Shown here one piece after another: positions 37,001 to 50,800 of a stretch of DNA of 64,000 nucleotides (positions are counted from its first letter, which is position 1; the number at the start of each line of letters is the position of its first letter). Position numbers and translations under genes: made by a program. Source of the DNA: Negaprion brevirostris (lineage: Eukaryota). The stretch spans positions 7,285,529 to 7,349,528 of the forward strand of contig JARDVH010000157.1 in NCBI GenBank assembly GCA_030324005.1. Direction: 5' to 3'. The notes under the pieces are model-generated. The model was not told the origin of the DNA and did not search any database. It worked only from the letters and a program-made list of their open reading frames with translations.

Positions 37001-39824
37001 TATCTATAAATCAGAGCAGTTTGGTTTTTAGTTTTCTGCACAGGTAAGTATGAACGTGAAGTGCGTTCAAGGGACTGTAACAAGTGATTGCGCAGTTGAA
37101 TACAATTTTTCTCTTATTATTAAAGATGCAAGTTTCTGTGTCTTGATTCGTTTACTTGAGATTAGATCAGTTGTTCAAGCTAGACTTTACTCACCCATGA
37201 TATTTTCAGAATGAAAATATGGCTTCCTGCGCAAATCTATAATCAGTGAAAGAACATTTACCCTTCAGCTGCAAGTATAAAGCTCTGCCTATGTTTTCTT
37301 TAAGTTTATTTATTAGTCACAAGTAAGGCTTACATTAACACTGCAATGAATTTACTGTGAAATTCCCCTCGTCGCCACATTCCGGCACCTGTTTGGTCAA
37401 TGCATGTCTTTCAGAATGTGAGAGGAAACCAGAGCACCCGGAGTAAACCCATGCAAATGTAGGGAGAGCATGCAAATTCCACATACAGTGACCCAAGATG
37501 GGAATCGAACCTGGGTCCCTGGCAGTATGAGGCAGCAGTGCTAACCACTGTGGTTTGCAAGCCTCAAGTTACTGGCTATGGTATCTGTTAAAATTTCAGT
37601 ACATGAAATTTAAGTACAATATTAAATTGAGAGTTCCCAAAACAATATATAGCGTTATTTATAGTGTATGTTACAATTCCAGTAGAGATCGATAACTTTT
37701 TAAAAAAAGAAATGCGCTTCCAATTGACATGACTCAATTTCATATGTTCAGACTTCTACTGTAACAGACTAAAATTTTAAAATTTATTTATTAGTGTCAC
37801 AAGTAGGCTAACAACTGTCAAAATCGTTAACCAATAGTATGTTTACTAACATTTTAAAAACATATATGCATCAAGTAAAATATTTCTGTTGTCAGTAGTG
37901 TGCAGTTAAATCCAGAGAGAGTTGTGTTCAAGTTTATGTTCTTAATTCCCCACTTAACATCACGTGGGAGCAGCATCTGCACATGGACTACAGAGTTAAA
38001 GTTTGTTTATTAGTCACAAGTTGGCTCACACTCACACTGCAATGAAGTTACTGTGAAAATCCCCTAGACGACACACTCTAGCATCTGTTGGAGTACGCTG
38101 AGGGAGAACTTAGCTTGGCCAATGCACTTAACTAGCACATCTTTCGGATTGTGGGAGGAAACCGGAGCATCCAGAGGAAACCCACGCAGACATTGGGAGA
38201 ACTGGCAGACAGCGATCGAACCTGGGTCCCTGGCGCTGTGACGCAGCAATGCTAACCACTCTGTCACCAAAACACTCTTCGCTAAATGTTTTTTAGTGGA
38301 CCATTTATACTTTAAACTGCAGAACAGAACTCTCCTTATTTATTTTTAACATGGCCAAAAACCTACTTCACAGGTGTATTTCAGTATCCCTTAAGTAACC
38401 CTTAAAGTCTTTGGATTCAATCTAAAGTGATTTTTAAATCCTGAGGGTTTACTTCTATTCCTTTCCTTTTCCCAACCTGGGAACTTTTAACCCCAGAACT
38501 GTCTTTCATGGTGAGGGCTTTTCCTGCTGATGCTTCTCTACCACCAACTAGGCAAATCTTCCATCCTCCTTTCAAACCTGACTGCTTCAGTATCTGAGGA
38601 GTTGTGAATGCTGTTGAACATTGTGCAGTCATCTGCAGGTATCCCCACTTCTAACCTTAGAATGGCAGGAAGTCATTGATGAAGCAGATGAGAGTGGTTG
38701 GGACGATGTCATTACCCCAAAGAACTCCTGCAGTAATGTCTGGAACTGTGGTGATTGCTCTCCATCCACCACAGCCATCTTCCTTTGTGTCTGGTATGAC
38801 TCCAGTGGAGAGTTTTCTCCGATTCCCATTGACTCCAGTTTTGCTAGGGCTTCTTAATGCTGTACGTAGTCATATGTTGCCTTGATGCCAAATGTAGTCA
38901 CTCACACTTCACCTGGTTTAACAGAGGGAAGGTCATTGATGAAACAAATAAAGATGACAAGGCTGAGAGTGTTTCCACGTTGATGCAAATTGGCTGTCAC
39001 TTTTCCTAAATTATAACAGTGACGACACTTCAAAATTATGTTCTTCTAGAGTCCCTGGAAAGGCACTTTTTATAAATGCAAATTGTTTTTTTCCTCTTTC
39101 GCTCCCTCCAAGACCAATATATCCTTCTGAGGTATGGTGCTACAACTGACATGGTACCATAGATGGGGTTGGACCACTTGTTTTCTCACATGACTCATAG
39201 CTTTTTCCCCTTGTTTCCAGTCTCCTTGAGATAAAGACTAACTTTGCAGTGGCCTTTTTGAATACTGTTTATAATATGCACTGTTTCTTTTAGTGATTTG
39301 TGGGCGTCGATTCCAAATCTTTTCACTGCTCCATTGTTCCCAGTCTCNNNNNNNNNNNNNNNNNNNNNNNNNNNNNNNNNNNNNNNNNNNNNNNNNNNNN
39401 NNNNNNNNNNNNNNNNNNNNNNNNNNNNNNNNNNNNNNNNNNNNNNNCCCAGTCTCCATTGAGAATATTGTGATCTACCCTTTTTGACGACCTTGCACTT
39501 TCATGTGAGATTTTCTCACTCACTCAATCTGCATTTGAGACTTTTCTGCTTCTATCAACATAACTTACTGTGCCTCTAACTTAGAGCCATTTACAAACTC
39601 GGATATGCAACTCTGTGTTCCTTCAACCATTCCTTGATTTCTTTCAATGAATTTGGATTCCTAAGTCTTTCTAGTTCTTCACTGTTTTTTAGCTTGTCAC
39701 CATTTAGAAAGTGCTTCATTCAAAGTGGATGATGTCACATTTGCCTACACCGAAATCCATACGCTCTAGTTTTCCAGATTCATTCAGTCTATTAATATCT
39801 CTTTGTAATTTTATGCTTACATCT

Positions 39825-40152
39825 ACAGTGGCCATTCAGTCCATTGAGTCTGCAGTGACTCTCTGACAAAGCATCTTACCCAGATCCTTTTTCCCATTAC
39901 CACACACACTTTCATATGGCTAAACCAACTAACCTACACAATTTGGGATACTAAGGGGCAATTTAGAATGGCCAATGCACTTAACCTGCACATCTTTGGA
40001 CTGTGGGAGGAAACCGGAGCATCCGGAGAAAATCCATGCAGACACGGGGAGAAAGTGCAAACTCCACACAGACAGTGACCGAAGGCCAGAATCAAACTTG
40101 GGCCCCCAGAGTTGTGAGGCAGCAGTGTTAACCACTGTGCCACCGTGCTACC
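39825..40152 (-). mobile_element. HE1/V-SINE type A (further copies near 17720, 21475, 22815, 42077, 45708, 53975, 55823, 61143, 62330)
   Basis: Shared head, core and CR1-type tail gaatggcctccttctgcactgtagggattctatgattcta across copies. Confidence 0.85.
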
Positions 40153-40468
40153 CATAACTTGGATTCTAATCCATCCCAGGCTGATGAATTGAAAGTATCT
40201 AAAATCAGTTATAACACAAATGAACTTGGATAGTTTCAACCTACTTTTCTTGGTATGAATCCACCACACACAACTTCCCACTAAACTGACAATCTGTCTG
40301 TAAAGAGCCCACACGTTGACTGGTGTGAATATTGAGCAATGTCACACCTACTGAATTCACTTGCCTTATTGAACATGTAGTACACAAAAAGTATCCTAGG
40401 TATTTGCAATGATTCGCTTTTTGCCTGAAAGTGGTATATTTAATGCTCTGTTTTCCTTTTCTCATCAG

Positions 40469-40539
40469 ATTGTGTTTATATAGAGAGTCGTCGTCCCAAC
40501 ACACCTTACTTTATCTGCAGCATCCAAGAATTCAAACTG
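40469..40539 (+). CDS. RERE: RERE second coding exon, start of BAH domain: (D)[23 protein letters not shown]
   Basis: Acceptor ttttccttttctcatcag, then 71 nt, then donor CTG|GTGAGT. The peptide is the known RERE continuation after YRPG, and the phases are compatible. Confidence 0.96.
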
Positions 40540-43500
40540 GTGAGTGTTAAATTCAGATGTGCAAGATAAATCTTTCCTTCCTATTTTAAATCATCCAACA
40601 ATTTTGGGCTGTTGATTTGTATAGTATACCATTTAATGCCACAGTATATGTCTATCTTGTTTTTCCAGCTTGAGTTAAAATTCTGGGTCATTATTCTGGT
40701 TGCGTGCAATTTTCTGCACTCCGTCAAAATGTCTATAACAAAATCAAGCTCCCTTAATCATAGGTTAAGGGGTGGTGGTGGGAGAAATTGCCACAGGCGA
40801 GTGTGATTATACTTTTTATCAATGTCCATGTCTATTCTCTAGCAGCAGCCATTGGATTGTAGTATGCAGTGAGAAAACTGGCTGTCTACTTTTATCCTTG
40901 CTCTCCCAATTCCCTCATCTAGTCCTGGGGTGCTAAAGGCAGTTGTAATATCCTAATTGAGAGCAATTACATTCATCAAAACAATACAGTTTTAACCATA
41001 GAGCTGCTATTGAGTTTGCCAGGAAATAATTGGCCTGAAGCTTTTCTCAGGAAAACTTTGTTTGACAGGGAGTTTGTTTGTGATAGGGAGTTCTTTATGA
41101 AGCAGCACTGTAACTGTATATTTAAAAAAAATAAGTAATGGTTTTGAAGCCATTGACTGCATTAAGTGTTATTTTCCAGTGAGAGTTAATAGTGATGACT
41201 TCACTGTCATCATTGTGTCTTGGATATTAATGATTAATTAACGGCATTGATATGCCAGATTAGTCTTAATTGCTACAGGAAAACTATGAATTATGACGCA
41301 TTCTCTCACATTGTAATTTTACCAGTAAGATGGCAAAAATCTAGTTAGCATTGGCAATCTTCATGTGTTTTCTTATTTGGGAAAGGGGCATTACGGTGTC
41401 CTTTCTGTTGGTATTGTTTTAAGCTGCTGAGGACCTATAAACATACATCTTCAACTTCCTCAATCGAGCATCTTTGTTACGCATTTGCAAAGTCTGTCAG
41501 CTTGCGCAGTTTGTCTGCTGCATTGACCCACCTAGCAGAAAGGGTCCGCGATACCATAGGTGTACACAATTTCAGGCAATAACAACTTTTCATCTCTGAG
41601 TTTCATAGAATTGGTGGCTAAAGTAGTTGTCTATTGGACTGTTGCTCGATAACGTTCAACTGCAGAGAAAGGATTTAAGTTGATTGATGTGAGTGCAGGA
41701 AGGTCTAAACTGCTAAATGAACTGTTATAGTGTGTGAAACTGCTCCTGCATATATTTCCCAGTAGACAGTTTAAGCTGTTGGGGGAAACCAAGGATNNNN
41801 NNNNNNNNNNNNNNNNNNNNNNNNNNNNAGTATCCGAGATGACATGGCAGGCTCCGAATACTCCATTTTGAGATTATTGGGAGAATGTTTTCTTTTGGGG
41901 CATAGGGAGGAGCTATAAATAGAGTCACTGAAATAATGGACTGCAAAACTAAGAAAGAAACAAGAAAATATGTCTACATTTAAAAATTGCTTAAGTTTAA
42001 CTAGAAATAAAAGAGCGGTTTTACTGCGGATCTATTTTGCAAGCTTAAATTTGGAACTTAAGATTTGTGATGTATGTTCATAGAATCATAGACTCTTATA
42101 AAGCAGAAGGAGGCCATTTGGCCCATCGAGTCTGCACCGGCCACAATCCCTGTAACCCCATGCATTTACCCTAGTTCATACCCCTGACACTAAAGGACAA
42201 TTTAGCATAGCCAATCCACCTAATCTGCACATCTTTGGTCTGTGGGAGGAAACCGGAGCATCTGGAGGAAACTCATGCAGACATGGGGAGAATGTGTAAA
42301 CTCCACACGGACAGTGACCCCAGCTGGAAATTGAACCTGGATCCCTTGTGCTGTGGGACAGCAGTGCTAATCACTGTGTCACTGTGCTGCCCAATGTTGT
42401 ATTTAGCCTGTTGTTGAATNNNNNNNNNNNNNNNTCTGATCAATGATTTTAGAAAATGTAGAATGATCTTTTTGTGTGAAGATTTACATTTTTTGAGACT
42501 TCAGGTGATGATGAGTAAGAAAGCATGGATCATTTAGTTGTTTTAAAATCAGCAACAGTAATATTTTAAATAATGAAATGTCCCATAGAATTTTTTGCAA
42601 GGAGCCAAGAGATTGGATACTGAGCAGAAAATAAGATATATGGCTTAAGGTGTTGAACGGATGAGCTTTTAGGAACCTTGTGAAGATGGCAAGAGATGTG
42701 GCAGACTGCATAGGTTTAGGATGTAATGACCAAAGGTTTTTCAGTTGATGGATTATGGTACTGGAAGGAGCAATGCAGGTGAAAATTGTCAAGGTGAATG
42801 TTATGGTGTGACTGTAAGCTGGGGGAGGTTGCTGATGTAGCATGGTAAAAAGACATGAGGCTTTGTAGTCAAGGATGAGGAGTTTGACTTGATACATTAG
42901 AGGTGAACATATTGTCTTCACTGATTCTTTTCAGTGGAATATCACATTCTGTTTCAGATTTGTTCATTTTATTGAAGAAAGGTTTCTCTTCTCTCTGCAT
43001 TGCTTCTATGCCTCCAATCTTCTTCCCTCCCTTCCTTTCCATCCTCTCCTGCCTTCCCCTCCCCTACCCTATACCATTAAATAAAATTAAAATCTAGAAT
43101 ATCTAATACGCGTGATCACAATCTTGGCATTCCCTTTTTAACATTGTTGGAACTGCAGCAGCTGTTCATTAAGGCAGTCCACCACCAGCTTGTGAAAGGT
43201 CACAGAGAATTGGGCAATAAATGCTGGCCTTGCCAGTGATGAATATATCTTGAGAATGAATAAGGAAAGTTCTGTTTAATCTTAGACCCAGTATTAGTCG
43301 TGCTTAATCGATCATTGAATGTTTCGAGCAGCTTGTGAATCTTTACCTCAGCCAGCATTCAATCTTCTCGGTCTCTATTTAGTTCCTGATACTTATTTCG
43401 GGTTGTTGTTTGAAACTTGTCAGTTTGATTTTCACTTTGTGTCTTTTATGTCAGTCGTTGATTTTGAGCACCAACGTGAGAATGAAGGGCAGTGAAAGAC

Positions 43501-43769
43501 CAACTGGTCCTGCCGCAGTTCACTACTGTCATGATGCAGTTTTACATGATATCTGCCGCACTCGCTATTCCAACTTTTAGGAGAAACAGAAGAATTAAAA
43601 TGTACTCCCATTAGTGGTTTTCTTTCCTACCTAAAAATTGGAAGAGCCTTCAGTTATATATATTGATGTAAAGTATTATGTGAAGTGATGCCAGGTTACA
43701 CATCCTATGAGAAGTTACACAGATCTGCACACTTTTTCAAATAAGGGTCCTCATGTTCCAGTGACAACA

Positions 43770-44660
43770 GCAACTTGCGTTCATATAGCATCTTTAACAT
43801 AACCGCCTTAAGAGGGTTATAACACAAAAATTCAAACCTAATCATATAAGCCAATTTTAGAACAGATGGCCAAAGAGTTGGACGCTAAGGAATGCCATAA
43901 AGGAGGAAAGAGAAGCAGGTTTAGGGAAGGAAATCCAAAGCTAAAGGTCCAGCAACTGAAAGCGTGGCCAACAGCGATGCAGCAAAGAAAGACCAGAATA
44001 ATTTGAGGCAGATATCTTGGACCATTTTGTGGCTAGTGGATATTACTGTGGTGGGAAGGATTGAGAGCACGGAGGGATTTTAAAAACAAGGATGAAAAAT
44101 TTAAAATCTAAGTGTTGCTTGGCTGGGAGCCAGTGAAGATCAATGAGCACGGGGTTAATGGGTGAATGGGATTTGGTGTGAGTAAAGAAAGTAGAGTTTT
44201 TGATTACCTCAAGTGATTGCCTCCACCTAGAAGCTACGATAGCCTGGATGTGGGTTTTGGCTGCAGATGAACTGAGGCATGCATGGAGCTGGGAATAGGC
44301 ATTCTTAGTGGATTCTCATTTTTGGACCAAATGTGATACAAGACTGCCTCAGGCAGTTGCCATAAAGAGGGATGGAGTCAAAAGCAAGGGAATGAAGTTT
44401 GGAATGGGCGATGTAGACAGTGCAGTATTTTAATGCAGTGTTTGGAGGAAATTTCTGCTCTTCGAGCTCAGGATGTCAGATCGGCAGTCCTGATAATTAG
44501 CCACAAGCGGTGGAATCATAAGAAATGAGGTGAGCTAGGTGACTCTGTACGTGTGTAAACTAATCCTGTGTTTTGGAGTAAGACCACCAAAAGGGCAGTA
44601 TGTAGATGAGAAATAGGAAGGGCCAAGGATCGATCCTTGGGGGACACCTGAGGCAGTGGT
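43770..44660 (-). mobile_element. Old L2-like LINE 3' region (other L2 pieces at about 42560-42900 and 25400-25575)
   Basis: Tail caacttgcgttcatatagcatctttaac. gggccaaggatcgatccttgggggacacctgagg is the reverse of the GVPQGSILGP RT motif. Confidence 0.75.
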
Positions 44661-46689
44661 GTGACAACAGCAAAAACCATTGCAGGGAGGTGATCCTTGT
44701 TGTTTCAACAGCTACTTTTAAAACCAAGCTCCAATTCGTGAAAACTGTTCCCCAGGCTGCTTCATGGATTCTGAATGGTACAAGCCACCGAGTTAGTGAA
44801 AAAAAAGTTGAAAGTGCAAATAAAACAAGCTTTCAAAACAGCAGCTTGCGCTGTATCCTGGCTTTAGAAATTCGTTTGCACCACTAACTAGTTTGCATTT
44901 CTTTGTCATCAACTTCCACACCACGATCACTACAATCTAGAAGGACAAGAGCAATGAATTTATGGAAACACCACCACTTGCAAGTTCCCCTGCACACCAC
45001 ACGTCATCGTGACTTGGAGCGATGTCATTATTTCTTCACTGTCGCTAGCTCAAAACCTGGAACTCCCTTCTTAAAGTACGATGTATCTACATCATATGGA
45101 CTGCACTGGTTCAAGAAGGCAGCTCACCACCACCTCCTCGAGAGCAGTTAGAGGTTGGCAACAATGAAAGTTTTTATTGAATAGAAAATATTTCTTGAGT
45201 TGACAGTTTATAGTCACTAAATTATTGGTAAGGTCTGACAGGATTATTTTTATGATCCTGCACAACTATTTAGAGAAAACTGAAAACCATATTAGTCACT
45301 ATTGCAAGATCAGGATCCAAATGAAAAACCATAGTCACTCTCTCGCAATCTTGTTGCGTCAATATAGTGTTTTTTCGAACTTGTGTGATGTATCACGAAG
45401 GCCATGGAAGGTTATTTTGAAGTAGTGTTAGATTATTGTCTTTAACATTAATAAGATAAAGACTACAGTAACTTTGCTGCAAAATTATTGTTTCAGATAA
45501 GAATATTGCCATTTTGGGAAATGAGTTATTTGTATATTATGCAATACATAACTCAGATTAACTCCATATGAACCAAATTACTTTCAGTAAATAGTTTTTA
45601 AAATACTTTATGCTGTGCAGTGGAAGTGCAGAGTAGGCACAAAGCCAAAGCTGCTTCATTGACGATCAGTGTTAAATAATTTTTGTATTATGGAATGAAT
45701 TGCTAATTCATAGAATCATAGAATGCCTACAGTGCAGAAGGAGGCCATTTAGCCATTAAGCCTGCACCGACATCAATCCCACCCAGGCCTATCCCTGTTT
45801 CCCCACATATTTATTCTGCTAGTCCCCCTGAGACGAAGGGGCAATTTAGCATAGTCAGTCCACCTAACCTGCACATCTTTGGGCTGTGGGAGGAAACCCA
45901 CACAGACACAGGGAAAACGTGCAAACTCCATACGGACAGTGATCCGAGGCCGAAATTGAATCTGGGTCCCTGGCGCTGTGAGGCATCAATGCTAACCACT
46001 GTGCCACACCTAAGTTGTAGTTGTAGTATACCTGATCTGCTTTACGTGCTGGTATGTCACAAATCTATATTTGTCATGGTGTGTATTATGCCAACTAGCA
46101 TACAAGAGATAATTTTTGATCATATGCCAGACCCAACAGTTGCGCAAAATATTCACGGCATCCTGACTAATGGTTTTAAATAATAAAGGAAATCCAGTCC
46201 ACTAAATGAAACAGGAGGCTGAAATTCACAAAGCGCAAGGTTTTTGAAGTACACCTCATGGTATTATGAAGCATCATTTGATGGGAATGCTTTCAAAATG
46301 TGGGGTTTAGCTACAGGATGGAATTGCTACATTATACTTACTGCCCATGCGACATCACCTGTAGGAAAAAAAGTTGCTTCATTCCTTGTTGGAAGAGATA
46401 ACAGTGACATAACTAATCCCTTATGTCTGTATTTTACATCAGTTTGTTGTAGTTTGAGCTAAGAAGGCATTAAATTTAATTTTTCAACTGTACCAAAGGG
46501 TTTTCAGCGTTGTCACATACTTAAAGGTGAAGTCTATGGCTAGCCCATAAGATGTATAGAGATGGCTGATGATGAACCTTATTTGCCTTATAGGTTACTT
46601 ATAGTTTGCATAAGCAGGAGAATGCAGAATTAATTACAGTTAGGAGGAATACTCTGCAAATTACTGGAATCACATGTGCAAAAGCAAAA

Positions 46690-47815
46690 TAGTGCAGATG
46701 CTGGAAAGCTGAATTAAAAATGAAAATGTTCAAAGTTCAGCAGGTCAGGCAACATCTGTGGAGTGTAAGAGTTAAAATTTCAGGTCGAGTGACCTTCATC
46801 AGAACTGGAGGAAGTTAGAAATATAAGACTTTTAAAGCCTGTGAAAGGGGGAGAGGGCAGGAAGAACATGGGGGAAGCTCAGAGATAAAATGGAGGGCAG
46901 GGTAGATTAAAGAACAAAATATTTCATGATGCAACAAAGAGAATGATAATGAATATTGAAATAGTCTCTTTTCGTCTTTTTTGCAATGTAGACACCAAAT
47001 GCAGAATGGATAACTGAATTTGAGGAACACCTTTGTTCAGTCTGTGAGCAACACTGCAACTTTCCATTCACTTGTCCTTTTAATTCTCCACCTTGCCCCT
47101 GAGCTTTCTGCCTGGTGCCTGCTGCAGAATTCCAGTGAAACTCAGTGCATGCTTGATGAACAGCAGCTTATCGACATGGCAATTTACAGTTCCACTTTAG
47201 ATCTTAACTCTGCCTTCATCATGTTTTATTTTTGTCTTTCTTGTTTTTCTAGGCTGGGTTTGTCTTATTTCTTTCTTTATCCTTTCATGCTGCATTCAGA
47301 GTCTTTATGCCACGCTTCACGCCTTATAAGAGCTAGGAGCAGGCGTAGGCCATCTAGCCCCTCGAGCCTGCTCCGCCATTCAATAAGATCATGACTGATC
47401 ATTTTGTGTACTCAGCTCCACTTACCCTCCCCATAGCCCTTAATTCTTTTACTGTCCTCATGCCATGGAATTGACATTTGTGCTATGGCATTTTAGTATG
47501 TTCTAAATGGCATTTCTTGCCTTAAAAAAGTTCAATGAGGTAGCCTCAACTGCTTCACTGAGTAGGGAATTCCTCATTTGGACACAACCTTTCTTCCCTT
47601 ACTAGACTCATTGTCATTCTCTGTGACTTTTCTTTGCTATTTCATCTTCCTTTCCCTCCACCATATCACAGTTTCCCTTTGTTCTTCCTGTCCCCTCCTC
47701 CCCTTTCCACTGGTTTGAAAACTCTTTCATTTCTATCTTCAGTTCTGGTGAATTCTATTTCTGTCTTCGCAGATGCTGCCTGATCTCCTGAGTTTTTCCA
47801 GCATTTTTTTGTTAT
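46690..47815 (+). mobile_element. Truncated Penelope-like element: inverted pLTR copy, GIY-YIG C-terminus and pLTR, with a nested CR1 tail at about 47330-47580
   Basis: Fragments FEEHLCSV...FPFTCPFNSP and LLQNSSETQCMLDEQQLI resemble the PLE GIY-YIG end. 46690-46960 is an inverted copy of 47590-47815. Hammerhead core on minus at 46778-46802. Confidence 0.7.
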
Positions 47816-50800
47816 TCTAAAGTAACTGGGTTTATCTTGCTTGTAGGATCATATCTGAATTCCACATTTTGCCTGTAATGGTTCCCAGTGTGCTTGGTCT
47901 TGTCAGACACCCATACTACACTTACACAAGCTTCAAGTGATGTGACTGGCACACATTGAGGTGTTTTATGTAAAACAGAAATTACTGGATATTTAGGTTG
48001 TTATAAATACAATTTCCTTTTTTAAAAATAAGAGTCAAGTCCAGATTGATGACATTACTTATTATGAAAGGAAATGCATTGTGCCCCTGCACATTTCAGA
48101 GATGCTGTACTCTATAACTACGCTATGCAGCAGGTAAAGACTGAGATTCTGATAAGAATCCTCTACGCCATCAGTAAAGATCAGTTTTAAGAGACTGGGA
48201 AATCCTGAGGGGAAGTTGCCCTGAAGCAGGTCAACAATGACTTTCTGCCAGTGAAGACTTATGCTGTAATTTGCCTCAAATACACATATGTAGTTTACAG
48301 AATATTACAAAAATAGATTTTGTACCATTTATTTTCACTCATATTAAATACAACACAGATATTTGAGAAAGGTTGTAATTAGATGCATAAATGCTGAAAC
48401 AGAGGCCCAGATATCAAAAACAACAGTCCAATGACTCCACCTTTGACTCTGAAACAAAAGTGTCTGACTTCAAAAGGAGAAACTAGACCTAGTCACAGAG
48501 AACAATAGTGACTCTGCATGTATCAGAACACCCAACAGTGTTTCAGGAAAAATAAAATCAGGCCACCCTGGATTGAATGNNNNNNNNNNNNNNNNNNNNN
48601 NNNNNNNNNNNNNNNNNNNNNNNNNNNNNNNNNNNNNNNNNNNNNNNNNNNNNNNNNNNNNNNNNNNNNNNNNNNNNNNCTTAAGATTTGGTTCCTGTTC
48701 ATGTTTGATCTGTTCCATTTAAACCTAAAAGAGAATGAAACTCGAGGATTATTGTGGACTAATCCATTATGCTTAAAAAAGTGGGCATTAGTGAATTATT
48801 TACATTAGAAAACCATCACTGTATTCAGTATTTATTATAGAGTGCAGATTATTATTACATAGTTGTGCTATAATTAGTTACACTTTGACACTGCTTACAT
48901 GCCTCAGTGCTTGTAGAAATTAGATTTAATATGTGTATTACATTTGTCAAAACTCTATAAAATAATATTTAAAAAGGAATTACAATTAAAATGAACCGAA
49001 ATAGAGTGAGAAAATGTGGGTATCTTTTGTTCCTATGTTGGAGATATAATTAAGAATCTTAAATTTTATAACTTGGAATTCTTTGTGTAATTGAATGTGC
49101 AGAAAATATGCATATTAAGCTTTCAGGGTCTGATAATTTAAGCCAATTTTTAAAAAATGTGAGAATTTGCTGAGCTGGTGAGAGCAATTTAAAATGTTTT
49201 TCATTTTAAATTCAAATTGTTGCTCTTTGTAAGAAGGTTATCTGCATCTGTTCCTTTTTGAAAAACCATTTGAATGATTAAGCAGATAGAAATGTAATCA
49301 TCTCAGGAAACTTAAGGGATGAAAAACACAAACCCAACGTTCTCATTGAAGGCTGCTTTCATGCGCTGAAATTTGTCTTGGTTTTCATCATCTCCTAAAT
49401 CCGGTTGGTGGGGGAATATGATAATGTGCCACAGTATAACACAAGCTATTTCACCACCAATGATGAGCAGCTCAACAAAACTAGGATGGTGGCAGAAATG
49501 GAGGTGCAGGTTGGAACCTTGATGCTTTGCTGCAAAGGATGGTGCTCAAAGAGAGGAGATGAGTGGGTGCAATAATGATAGCTTTAGTCAGGTGACTTGT
49601 GCCCTGGTGTAGGCCTCATACCCACTGGTTACTTGAAAGATGTGCGGTAGAAAATAACCTAGGAAAGATGAAATGCTTTTTATTGTCAAGCTGTGGGTGG
49701 GTAAATTACAAAATTGCCTACGCGTGCTACTCTCCTATGTTTTGACTATAAGCTAATTTTGACTTCTGAATCATAGATCACCCATTTCACGCAAGGTTGT
49801 TTCCATATGCTGGTACTGAGACTTTGTTTTGCATGTGCATAATCAACATTGTGCAAATATATAGTGGTAGGAGAGCCTGACTAGGATGATGATGCTAAGC
49901 TGTAACCACTGCACAAACCATTGCCCTCATGCCATGGAATTAACATTTGTGCTACGACATTTTAGTATGTTCTAAATGGCAAAGATATTTTTTTCACAGC
50001 AGAGAGGGAGACCAACAAAAAGCATTACGGTGTTGGTACCTTTTGTATTCGTTAGTGCGATAACTCTGTATGGGCGGAAATGAAACTGAGGCTGGATCAC
50101 AACACACTTCCCTTCTGATGAAGCCATGCTGCTATCAACCTTAAAGGCATATTGCAACAGGGAAGGTTAATTTTGTAAAGAACATTTAGCAGGCATTCCA
50201 CGAATGCACGTCTGCATACACACAATAATCCTGTTCGTGTTTCATGCTCCTTAGTGCTTATCAACTCTGGTTGAAATGCCACTCTGAACTTGTACATTTC
50301 CAGACAGATTTCCTAACCACAGTTATCTTGTCTGACAAAGTGAAGGAACCTAATATTGTTAATTGAAATAACTGTGACTGATAAGTGCAGCAATCAGACC
50401 AAAGATCCAGTGGTTCAGGCTTTGCCTTAAAGGACATATTTCCTACATTTGATCTCGTTTTCTATACCTGATAGATTCCAAATGGAGCAAATCATATCTT
50501 CTGTATTATGGCTGTCTAAACTCTGTCTTAAATTGATTCTTTCTACAGGCAGTTTATTGCAGAGCATCTCCTGTCTCTTGAGGGTAGTCACCAATAAATT
50601 TTAAATTCTTACATTTACATGCTCAGAACCAAAGGTTTCTCAGCAGAAGGAATTAGTATGTAGAATTCAGAGCCATAAGCACTACATATTTAGCCATGAT
50701 CTGTAAAGGTAGTAGAAAGGTCTTTTGTTGCATAGGGGGCATGTACATAAGCTCCACCAGGTTATCACAAAGAAAACAAAATGGCTTTAATAAATGACCT

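Larger units (their letters stand above)
5710..40468 (+). other. RERE: 34.8-kb RERE intron with GC-AG boundaries
   Basis: Starts GCAAGT and ends CAG. This is the junction that yields the conserved YRPG-DCVY peptide. Confidence 0.85.
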
